Below, piece after piece: positions 53,814 through 64,000 of a stretch of 64,000 bases of DNA; the first letter of the stretch is position 1, and the number at the start of each line of letters is the position of its first letter. Source of the DNA: Octopus bimaculoides. Taxonomy: Eukaryota. The translations under genes were made by a program, and so were the position numbers. The stretch covers positions 60,197,267-60,261,266 of the forward strand of contig NC_068982.1 in assembly GCF_001194135.2 (NCBI RefSeq), given 5' to 3'. The notes below the pieces were generated by a model. It made no database searches, was not told the DNA's origin, and saw only the letters and a list, made by a program, of their open reading frames with translations.

Positions 53814-54090
53814 GGGCATATGGCATAGTGGTTAAGAGCACAGGCTACAAACCCCAAGATTCCGGGTTCAGTTCCAGGCAGTGACCTGAATAATAATAAT
53901 AATAATAACATCGAAAAATACCTTAGGAATGAGAACCCAAGTTTGAAATTTCCCCAAGACACCTGATGAAGGCTGGAGGGTATATCAGCCGAAACACTGT
54001 GTTAACAACAAACTTGATGAGGACAAATATCCGTCAAATGTAAATAATGCAAATAATGTACATAATTCTTCATCTCTTAAATATAGAACT
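53814..54090 (+). mobile_element. Composite repeat: tRNA-like head + (AAT)n + Penelope-type segment with hammerhead
   Basis: A box TGGCATAGTGG 53821-53831; B box GGTTCAGTTCC 53865-53875; (AAT)n 53888-53908; hammerhead core at 53958-54003. Confidence 0.7.
53958..54003 (+). ncRNA. Minimal type-I hammerhead ribozyme motif (Penelope-like variant, probably inactivated)
   Basis: Stem I GACAC/GTGTT; CTGATGA+A; stem II GGCTG/CAGCC perfect with 10-nt loop; GAAA; stem III reads ACAC-T instead of the palindromic ACGT-H. Confidence 0.75.
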
Positions 54091-54394
54091 GAAATAAACC
54101 TTTTCTTATAAAAGTTAATAAACTAGCTATGGTCATGAATGCATAAAACTTAGAATAAAGTGAAGGGCCAAAAAGCAACACAATGAAACAATGAAGAAAC
54201 AACACTAAATGACATTTTCACATTTATAAAACAACTGAAATAAAATTGGGCTGAACACATTCACTGGATGAGTGGTGATAAGTGGATAGGAAAGGTGACA
54301 GACTGGATTCCAAGTGACCATGTAGGAGACAAAAGATGACAGTAAATAAACTACAAGAATGAATTGGGTAGACATGACAAAAATTACATGTTAT

Positions 54395-54785
54395 CTCTTC
54401 ATCTTTTACCTTTTTCAGACATTGGATTTCGGTCATACTGGAGCACTACCTTGAAAAATTTAGTCAAAGAAATTGACCCAGTATTTATTTTTTAAAGTCT
54501 GGTGATTATTCTATCAGTATCTTCTGCTGAACTACTATGTTATGGGGCCATAAACAAACCAACACCGACTGTCAAGTGATGACAAACACTGAGACACATG
54601 CACACACACATACACACACACACATAAGTTTTTCATATAGTTTCCATCTACCAAATTTACTCACAAGGCATAGGTCAAGCTGAGGCTATGGAACAAAACA
54701 CTTGCCCAAAGTACCACACAGTGGGACTGGCTACAAAATCCTGTCGTCGCAAAGTGAGCTTCTTTATCATGTGGCCATGCCTGAG
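54395..54785 (-). mobile_element. Full-length degraded SINE family B
   Basis: GGTCATACTGGAGCACTACCTTG..TATTCTATCAG..ACACTTGCCCAAAGTACCACACAGTGGGACTG. Confidence 0.8.
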
Positions 54786-54879
54786 CTTATCGGAAGCTGA
54801 AAGTAAGAAAGAAAACCAGGACAGCCTTTGTTCAGCAGTGGGAAAGCAATGGCTGATTTGAAAGATAATATAATCGTGA

Positions 54880-55174
54880 GAAGATGAAACAGCAACAGAA
54901 AAATTTATGGGAGTCAAAGTATTGATCGCTCTCTGACAGGTTTATGGTCAAGCCTGTAGCAGTGGAGACCCCCAACACTCTCAGCCCTTAGGCCATATCC
55001 CTGCTCACCACTATTGGGATGGAGATGACTGTTCGCAAGAGCAAGCTCCATGAGTTGGAGTGGCTATTCCAAAGCATCTTCCTCACCATACTCTGGGACA
55101 ACGCCTTTTCTATTTTGGCTGCTGGGACCATGAAGAGGTTTGAATTACAGGAAATTGTATGTTCCATTCCTTAA
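54880..55174 (+). mobile_element. CRE-like (RLE-type) non-LTR retrotransposon C-terminal remnant
   Basis: ESKY*SLSDRFMVKPVAVETPNTLSP*AISLLTTIG..ELEWLFQSIFLTILWDNAFSIL matches the KY..L...F.PxAVETxG..GP.A....W LFQRISLAIxRGNA.SIL pattern. Confidence 0.7.
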
Positions 55175-56308
55175 TGTATAGATAATCCTAATAGTTTTCT
55201 CATTCCATCAGCATACAGTTTGAATGAGTTCACAATGTAAGTAATGAGCCCAAGAGGTTGCCACATATATGTGGTCACTATATCTGACAGAAATTGCAGC
55301 CAAACGTCTGTCTTTAGAAACTATAGATGAATTTAGGATTTTGTAATGAATGTTAAATCCTGAAGCATTTGTTAGACAGAAATCTCTTACTCATAGGGTT
55401 TTAAATTTGAGGAAACCCCTACAATGAAGACAGCTCAGAGGGAGTTCCACAATAGAAATACGAAATCAATAAACGCATAGACATTACAATAAGAAATAGG
55501 TCCCTTTAATTACAAACAGTTAACTGTAGATTTGATAAAAATAACTTAATTACAGTAAGATTTTACTTTAAAAAAAGAATACGCAATAAAATGATTAAAT
55601 GATCGTAAATAAAATAATAAAACACTGAATAAAAAACCGTATATATTTACTGATTTATAGTCAAACACCAACAGTTGACTTAATTTTACATTTGTATTCC
55701 AAACATCTTCAAAATTTTCAACAGATTCATCTCAGAAACCATAAAAAATAACATAAATAACAACACTAGTGATAATATTTCAGTTTTCAAGATGTCACCT
55801 TTTTTTTTTCATCCCTTCTCTTAATGAGGTGGAAACATGTAAATAAGAAAAATCTAAAACAAAGAATACATGCTGTCATCTAAATATGTGCTTTGTACTT
55901 AATGAACTAAAATAAATGACAGAGAAATGAAAACAAAAGAAAAAGAAAGAAGCAGAGAAAGAATGAAGAGAAAAACGAAAGAAAATAAGAAAAGATGAAA
56001 TAGTAAAAACAAGGAAAAGAAACTAAACAACAGTTTAGAACTTTATAGCTATCTTGTAAAATGTTGTGAAGACAAATTTGCTGAGACAGGATTCTATTGA
56101 GAATGAAGAAATAAATAAATAAATTGCTCACATAAATAGATTGATACAATTTGTCCTTTTGTTTGACACCAAACTCTCAGTTCAGCATATAGAATAACTC
56201 AGGTTAATATATCGTTAAGCCATCAAACAGAACGTCAAATACACATAAACACACAGGGTTTCAGAAATAATGTTCTTATAAATGTATTCTCTCTGCTGTC
56301 CTCTCCCT

Positions 56309-56349
<41 letters not shown>

Positions 56350-57486
56350 GTTTCTAATAACACACATGAAGCATACACACACACAGGGAGATAGATACAT
56401 ACAAACATACATACAATCATACATACATACACACATACATACATACGTACGTGCGTACGTACATACATACATACATACATACGTACATACACACAGGTAT
56501 ATACATATAGACAAACGCACATGTATTATTTGTGTAAATAGGAAACAGCTTTTCTTGCAAACATATTGTCTTAAAAACATGACTATATTCAAGTTAGATC
56601 TTTTTATATTTATGACTTTCTCTATTTCTTTATTAACCCTTTATGTTTCTACATCCATTTGTCTGGGGTTTTAAGACATTCATAATCACATTTTCAAAAT
56701 AAACTGTTGTTATAGCACATAATCTGCAAATCTTGTGCTAAGTTCCAAATTAAAAGTTTCTAGCAATAAATCCTGCTGGATTCCATGATATCATCACATA
56801 TTTTTGATGTGTGATATATTTTGCTTGTTAAATTTAAGCTTGTACATTTCTATTAGTAAAACTATTAAAGTTGTTCTCAATTTTTGCATAATTGACTCCT
56901 CAATTTTTTCCTCCCCAGGTTGATTTAGCATTCTGCATTATAATGAGTCGCAATGGTTCTCTGTTGTAAATGTATGGCTAATAAATGAAACAGTGCTGTA
57001 ATTGTGACTCATATGTAACAGTTTGAGTCATGAAGTTTACAACTTATATGTTTAAATAAAAATTTGTAATTTATATTGGTTGTGTAAAGTATATTTGGAT
57101 AAGGATATTTTTATTTCTGATGTTATTGTAATATGTTCTATGAGATTATGATACAGAATGCGTTTTCTTTAACAAATGTTTTAAATGTTATATTTGTCCA
57201 TTTAGCAACTGAAGTTTATCTAATTCTTATAGTGTACTCTATATGTGGTTTGTGTATTTTAAGAGAGGGATGCATCTGTTCTAATTGTGTGTATGAATTA
57301 GTTATTGTGATGATGAATAGCTGGTCTACTAATCTATTAGGATAGCCATTATTAAGTAATGTCTGCTTTACACACATGATTTTGTTATTGAAGTTTTAAT
57401 CAATGGATGAAAATTTAAATACTCATCTAAGAAGAGATTTAATTTTTGATATTGGGGCATTCACTATCACCAAGCATAGTAGTGAA

Positions 57487-57778
57487 TGCACATGGCTTCG
57501 TAGTTAAGGTTTTCAGCTTATGATCATAAAGTCATGAGTTCAATTTCCAGCAGGGCATTGTGTCTTTCAACAAGATTTTTTATTTCATGTTTCTCCAGTT
57601 CACTCAGGTGGCAAAAATGAGTGGTACCTATTTTCAAAAGGCCACATGCTGAATCTCCCTGAGAACCACTTAAGGGTACATGTGTCAGTGGAGTGTTCAG
57701 TCACTAATTTCACGAGCAGGCTGTTCTGTGGATTGGATCAACAGGAATCCTTATTGTTGTAACCGACAGAGTGCCAGT
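57487..57778 (+). mobile_element. tRNA-head SINE family C with the 3' tail of the 51114 SINE (tail type 3)
   Basis: Head and CORE-like block as at 21449; then GCTGAATCTCCCTGAGAACC..AAGGGTACATGTGTCAGTGGAGTG..AATTTCACGAGCAGGCTGTTC matching 51355-51490. Confidence 0.8.
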
Positions 57779-57892
57779 TTTTTTTTATCAGGAATATATA
57801 AGCATTTGTTAGAATTTCTTTTTTAGTAAAGTAATGTGTTATACATGTTTCTTATTGCTACATTTTTATCTAGAAATGCAGTAGTGTTACAA

Positions 57893-58160
57893 CTGCTAAC
57901 AGTTCTGCCAGCTCACCACCTTATGGAGCTATTAATATTGATTTCAAATTTTGGAACAAGACCAATTATTCTGGCGGGGTGAGGGTATAAGTTGATTACA
58001 TTGACCCTGGTGCTTAACTGGTATTTATTTTATAAACTCCAAAAGGAATGAAAGGCAAAGTCAACCTTGGTGGAATTTGAACTCTGAATGTTAAGACAGA
58101 CAAAATTCCACCAAATACTTTGCCCAATATGCTAACAGTTCTGCCAGCTCATCACCTTAT
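57893..58160 (-). mobile_element. SINE family A copy plus duplicated head fragment
   Basis: Body 57940-58160; GCTAACAGTTCTGCCAGCTCAYCACCTTAT occurs at both ~57895 and ~58132. Confidence 0.75.
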
Positions 58161-58249
58161 ATGAAGCTGTTAATATTGCTGCTATTTTTGTAAGTGTGTA
58201 TTTATTATGTTTGTCAGGAGTAAATAAGTGATTTTAGAATGAAGTACTC

Positions 58250-59700
58250 ATGTTCTGGGCATGATATAGATGGATTTGGATTGGTGGATTGGTTGCATAT
58301 GGAGTAGTAGGGATGAGTGCTTGCTGCAGCAACAAACTATGCCCCTTGCATATCTGGGTGGTCATCTACTTTGAGTACTTTTTCTGCAATGCTGGTAGTC
58401 AGTGTGTCGACTTTGATAATGAGAAATAGGATCGAATGTGAAGAAAATTTCATTGCTAATTCTATCAGATTAAGGTGCATTCATAGAGGTTCCTACATTT
58501 TGGCTCAGGGGATGTGTGCTTAAATGAGGAACTGACTTATTTTGAGTGCCTTATGCTAATTTTCTTAACTTTTTTCCCTCAAGCCTCTTATGTTTGTAGT
58601 TTTCTTAATTTACTGTACCCCTAACATGGTATAACGTTTCTAAGATATGTCATTTGAGTGTTCAACACTCATATTTGGTAGATCCTATTAATATACATTA
58701 CATTACTTTCAAATTCTCTTTTAAGTAATACACACTTTTATGATAAGTTATATAAATATCTATAAAAAAATCTGTGTGTTATAGCTATGTAGATGGAACA
58801 GTAAATATATAAATAACAATACCAAAGATATTGAAATGTTATCAGAGAAATATTATATTAATCATGATGTTTCAGGTTAAAAACTCCTATTCAAAGCTTT
58901 TCAGAATGAGAGGGAAATAAATTACATGTTCATTTTGTTGATGTGCTGGATCCTTGTGCATTATTATGACATTACCAGGTATTTAAAGATGTAAAAAGTT
59001 GGGGCTATGTTCTGTGTTCTGAGTGCTGTGGTGAGGTGATGTGTATGAGAGCTAAAGTATTATGTGCATCACACTATCCATTGGCATTCATTTCTTTTGA
59101 GACAGTTTTTAATTGTCAGGTTTTTCTTTATCAATCAGAATGGCTGCTTTTATCTGCAGTTTCCCAGTATTACTATTTGTAGCTTAAATGGTAAAAGTGA
59201 TGTCCTTTTTCCCTTATTCAAAGTGTTTTTGAAAGATGATGCCTGTGTGTAGAGATATTCTTTGATCCAGATATATAATGACTGAACCGTGTTAGTAATG
59301 TAACTTGTATTGCATACTGGATCTGACGTACATACATAAGAATATGTCCGTGCTGCAGATAGAGCAGTTGGTCAGTGTGAATACTCTTTTGTCGTCAATG
59401 AAGTCATTTTTTTGACAAACTCTTTCATAGAGAAGGACCAGATTGAGGACCAGCTGTTTTGGTAGCTTTTCCCCACAAATGTTCTTGCAGATATCAGCAG
59501 TTATATTCCCTCTGAACTGTGGTAGCTTCATTACAAAAATGTTGGAAAAAATCTTTCTGTTAGGCTTGGGGCTCTGAAGACAACTGGCAATAGTTGCTGG
59601 GTATCTGTTGATTTCCAGTACTTTTCAGAATTGTATGCTATTGAAGGCATGGTCAAATGTTCCACTGCAACAATACTGGATATGAGTGAACTCATTTTAT
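58250..59700 (-). pseudogene. Possible heavily decayed Penelope-like RT/linker remnant
   Basis: Only scattered similarities: HPLSQNVGTSM/LNLIE..FSSH (cf. PPFSxNVxTN..LxLIDKHFP linker) and weak RT-like patches; many stops. Confidence 0.35.
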
Positions 59701-59746
59701 TTATATACATAGCCCCATCAGTGATATATATATATATACATACATA

Positions 59747-60410
59747 CAGGATGTGAGTGGTATTTGAGGACATTTCGTTTTTCATTCATTACACCTTCAA
59801 ATTATCTAATGTATCATTTATCTCAGACAACCCCTTCAAGGTATCATGCTAACACAAGAAACGTAAAGACATGCAGTGATAGTTGCTACAACACTCAGAC
59901 ACTAAAAGGACACAGAATTTATGCATGTTCAAAACATTATTGATAAAGACCCCAGAAGATCAATGAGGTCCATTGCTAAAGAACTTCGGATGTCAGAGTG
60001 GACTATCAGAACTGTGGTACATCGTGACATTCGATACAAGTTCCATGTAATGAGGAAAGGCCAATTTGTGTCTGTAAAGACACAGGAAAAACATCTCATC
60101 AGTTCAAAATGGTTACTTAGCAAAGTGAAAAATCCTCATGAACAAGGCATGCTTTGGTTTTTCTCTAACGAAAAAACTTTAACCAAGATCAAAAGTCTAA
60201 CAGAAGAAATGACAGGTGGTTATGGACAGATCCTTCTGAAGTACCCAGAGTGATGCACACGAAATTTCCAGCAACTGTGATAGTTTTAGCGGTGGTGAGT
60301 GGTGAAGGTCATGTGATGCCACCCCACTTTTTCCCACAGGGTCTTAGAATTAATGCTGCTGGATACACTGAGGTACTGGAAACTGTTATCAAGCCCTGGA
60401 TTGATGAAGT
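59747..60410 (+). mobile_element. Tc1/mariner (maT/DD37D-like) transposon, 5' half
   Basis: TA|CAGGATG terminus; HTH DPRRSMRSIAKELRMSEWTIRTVVHRDI; WFFSNEK (first catalytic D mutated to N); after frameshift FNQDQKSNRRNDRWL..VMHTKFPATVIVLAVVSGEGHVMPPHFFPQGLRINAAGYTEVLETVIKPWID. Second and third catalytic residues are missing. Confidence 0.9.
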
Positions 60411-61439
60411 ATATTTAGATGGATAGGTGGTATTCCATCTTATGTGACTCCGCTCAGAAGGCTGTAATCTGATTTGGTAGGAACCCAGCAAAGAAATACA
60501 TGGAACAAAGGTGATAACTTTAAATACGTTTATTGTGGTCACATATATATATGTAGAAGCTGAATGAAAGTGGTTAATGGACAATTATTCATATAACTAA
60601 ATGCATCTGCATGGGTTTATGTTAGCTGTTAGCCCTGATGAAAAGCTCACGAACAGTGATATATTAGAACCAGTATAGTGTGTTGGTGCTGTGTAGATGT
60701 TGTTGACAACGTTGGTGGGAGACATGATGATGGCGATGAAGATGGAGGTCACTGCAATGTGGTCAGTGGTTGGACCTTAGAAGGTCGAGAACCAACACAC
60801 GTTAAGACTAGAATGAAATGAACTTTTATAGCTGACAGTAGGCTCAAATGCTGTTTGGAAAAGACTGTCTCACATGACTTATTTGAAGGCTGCGATTGGT
60901 TGGGTTGCATATTGGTGCGCGATAGAGTAAGAGACAAATACCAACCAATCGGAGTGGTCCAAAACAGAGCCCAAAGGTTAGCTTTTACCTGCTACATTCA
61001 TATGTCTGTTTTTATAATAGAGAGAGGAAGTTTACTAGAGTTTGTTACAGATGGCCCCCCGCACCCAAGTCATTTTGTGGAAAACAAAATAGATGATAAA
61101 AGGAAGATATTTCTGTAGCAAAGATGGGAAAAAGGTCATGTAACCAGCAAAACTTAATGTCCAAATGCTAAGTGGAAATCACAGGAATGCAAAAAAATCG
61201 TGGAGATTCTTGTAAAGAAGCAATAAATTAAAGAGTGCTACTCTTAGATGACATCTTTTGAGCGGTTATCTCCCTTTGGTTTAACTTTTGGGCAAGCTGT
61301 CATGTTGTATCTCATTTTATATTCTAGGTAAATGTGATGTTCATATGCATGTGTGCTGAAGTAGTTCATCATGGGAGAATATTTCTTCAGTGTGTGGAGT
61401 TCATGTTTTATGTATATTCAAATTTCATGTTCAGAAAAG

Positions 61440-61855
61440 GGGATATCCTTGTGGGATTAGTGGTGCAGGTGGTGGTTCCTCTTTGAAGTGTTTAAGTGAG
61501 AAATATTGTTTGTGTATGCAGGGAGAGAAGATTTCATCCCTAATATTTAGAATATTATCTGTTGACTGAATGATATTTAGCTTTCAGTGATACAGAGTTG
61601 ACATTTGGTACCCTGTCCTCTGTATTTTTTGGCTTTCGAAATGATGTTCCATTTTATCTGAGTATTACTTATTCTACTTTCTTTCAATGTCCATATCATA
61701 TTGGGTAGGGATGTTGCATGACACCAGATGTTGTGTGTACCTTTCTTTGAATGAGTTACCCATCATTCTGATATACATCTTGCTGATGACGGAGATATGT
61801 TGGATTGTTGGTATGGCTGTTTTTGTATATGTGGAATAGTGTTATAACACATCCT
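61440..61855 (-). mobile_element. Penelope-like element GIY-YIG endonuclease remnant
   Basis: SKMYIRMMGNSFKERYTQH; IWTLKES..IKWNIISKAKKY..KCQLCITE; ILNIRDEIFSPCIHK. This matches the YIG..FKxRYxxH / IWxLK / WxI / CxLCxxEK / LNxRxE..SxCxH pattern of PLE endonucleases. Confidence 0.8.
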
Positions 61856-61884
61856 TTTGATATATATATATATATATATATATA

Positions 61885-62315
61885 GTCAACAGACTGCAGC
61901 CAATGCTTGGGCACTGCCTTGAAGAATTCTAGTTGGATGAATTGACCCGAGTCCTTAGTTTTATTTTTAGCCTAGTACTTATTCTATCAGTCTCTTTGCT
62001 GAACCACTAAGTTATGAGGATGTAAATACACCAACACCAGTTGTCAAGCAGTGGGGGTGAACAATCAACTCAGACACAAAGACACAGACATAGACATACA
62101 TAAATATATGTGAATGTGTGTGTGAATATATATATATATATATATATATACATAAAACGAGTTTCTTTCAGTTTCCATCAACCAAATCTACTCCCAAAGC
62201 TTTGGTTGCTCCAAGGCTATTGTAGAAGACATTTGCCCAGAGTGCCACACAGTAGGACCAAACCTGGAACCAAGTGATTGGGAAGCAAACTTCTTACCAC
62301 ACAGCCATGCCTGTA
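61885..62315 (-). mobile_element. Full-length SINE family B
   Basis: GACTGCAGCCAATGCTTGGGCACTGCCTTG..AGTACTTATTCTATCAG..GAAGCAAACTTCTTACCACACAGCCATGCCTG. Confidence 0.85.
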
Positions 62316-63239
62316 CTGAATATGTTATATACTTCCACATATATGCTGCCCTGCAAAGATAATGTTGTAAGTAATTTGTAATTTGATCAGAAATGGGATA
62401 TCAGGAAGCAATTAAAGGGAAGAAAGACAAGGACAAGAAAGACATCAAAAATAGTATTAAAGAAGAGACAATTTCAATTTGTTTCTTGATATAATATTCA
62501 TACAGATCTTCAAAAAGAATTTAATTAATTCTGAGCAATTAGAGTGATCTGCCAACTGGGATCAAACTTGTTTCATTAAATATAAAATCTATAACCTAAC
62601 TGTCTAGGCCACATGTTCACATCACTATGACACAACAGACAAACCAATAAGAAGCAATTCAGAATCATGTAATTATTTCTACCAAATAGCATACGTTCAA
62701 TATTCATAAGTACCATCATATACTGTACTTATCAGTTTAAGCTGACAAATGTAACAAATGATTATTCATAGTAATGTGTGTGTTTGTGTGCTTGTATGTA
62801 TGCACATATATTTATATATATATATTTGTATATATATATGCATACACATCACCCTCTTTTTCCCTCTCTTTTTCTTTCCCCTTCACATATATAAATACAT
62901 ATATANNNNNNNNNNNNNNNNNNNNNNNNNNNNNNNNNNNNNNNNNNNNNNNNNNNNNNNNNNNNNNNNNNNNNNNNNNNNNNNNNNNNNNNNNNNNNNN
63001 NNNNNNNNNNNNNNNNNNNNNNNNNNNNNNNNNNNNNNNNNNNNNNNNNNNNNNNNNNNNNNNNNNNNNNNNNNNNNNNNNNNNNNNNNNNNNNNTATAT
63101 ATCATATTGAAGATGATAAGAAATATCCTAAGCAAAGAACTATTTTGATTTCAATAATTGATAATAAATTTATGGCTTTTTGTATTTCATGCCATTTCTC
63201 ATCAAAGTTTTCAAATAATAACATGTATTTTTATCAGTT

Positions 63240-63248
63240 ATTTGTTGT

Positions 63249-63289
<41 letters not shown>

Positions 63290-63640
63290 TTGCTACTGCT
63301 GTTATTGTTGTTGTTTTTGTTGTTGTTCTTGTTGTTGTTGGTGGTGGTGTTGGTGGTGGTGACGATGACGAGGATGACGAGGAGGAGGAGGAGGTCCACA
63401 AAAACGATGATGATGATGACGGTGATGAGGATGAGGATGATGGTGATGTTGATGATGCCAATGCTGACGATGATGATGATGATGACAATGTTGAAGGTGG
63501 AGGTTATTGTTGATAGTAGTAATAGCGGTGTTGTTGAATCTGATGATTATAACGATAGCATTGATATTCAAGTTAATGGTAATAGTAACGATGATGCTGT
63601 TGATATTGTTGATTACAACAATTATAATAAATAAATAAAT
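63240..63640. repeat. Compound (GTT)/(GCT)/(GAT) trinucleotide tract
   Basis: Directly visible. Confidence 0.95.
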
Positions 63641-64000
63641 GAAAATCTGTTCATTAATCAATCTTAGTTGATTAATCTGTACACGAACCAACATAGTCTC
63701 ATTTTAATTTTTAATTTATACTAAGCATTTATATTAGATTCTTATTCACTCCTTACTCGCCTAGATATACTTAGTAACTGATTGGCTGCAGTTTAAAGAC
63801 GAGGAATTTGAATCAGGGAACAGACTGTATACTGCACAAGTTTAGCAAGACACATGGCTATGATGTAACATGATATCAAAGAATAGGCATTACCATTTAT
63901 GGAGCTAATGTTGGACTTCTACATGGTTGTTCAACTGGCACAAAATACCAAATTTATGTACGCCTCAAGTTCCAACCTAACATCTGAAAACAAAATGGAA

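Larger units (their letters stand above)
7361..63095. other. Eight assembly gaps: 7361-7588, 18175-18917, 28006-28107, 28925-29446, 30310-30399, 32697-33455, 36323-36350, ~62906-63095
   Basis: Runs of N, almost all flanked by microsatellites. Confidence 0.95.

Noticed and set aside
53814-53886. Functional tRNA gene (also SINE heads at 51114, 21449, 11969)
   Set aside because: Acceptor and anticodon stems do not pair, and the heads continue into repeat bodies, so these are tRNA-derived.
54012-54040. TTGATGAGGACAAATATCCGTCAAA as a second hammerhead
   Set aside because: C3 is missing, GAAA is interrupted and there are no flanking stems.
57003-57030. Paired TGACTCA/TGAGTCA (AP-1-like) sites
   Set aside because: 7-bp motifs alone cannot support a regulatory call without chromatin or conservation data.

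Overview
AT-rich, repeat-saturated eukaryotic genomic DNA with 8 assembly gaps. By inference it is a coleoid cephalopod, most likely Octopus: the tRNA-derived SINE families, the RTE-type (GAT)n-tailed repeat and the very dense AT/GT/CAT/GATA microsatellites all fit. It is not prokaryotic, and I found no CRISPR array, rRNA or intact tRNA. I could not identify an intact protein-coding gene. Almost every ORF in the supplied track is a translated microsatellite or N-gap. The protein-like segments are decayed transposon remnants: RTE (x3), CR1-group and CRE-like non-LTR elements, a Penelope-like GIY-YIG, Tc1/mariner (maT-like and mariner), Chapaev3 and a Helitron helicase. There are also several MITEs and more than 30 SINE or LINE-tail copies. 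The most notable observations are: (1) three unrelated type-I hammerhead-ribozyme motifs on the + strand, one of them just downstream of a tRNA-like Pol III head; (2) a same-strand fusion of a Chapaev3 5' end to a Helitron 3' end; (3) SINEs that share a head but carry different tails; (4) close inverted SINE pairs that could form dsRNA. A few weak minus-strand exon candidates hint that the window may be intronic, but this is unproven. All family assignments come from motif recognition by eye, not database searches.
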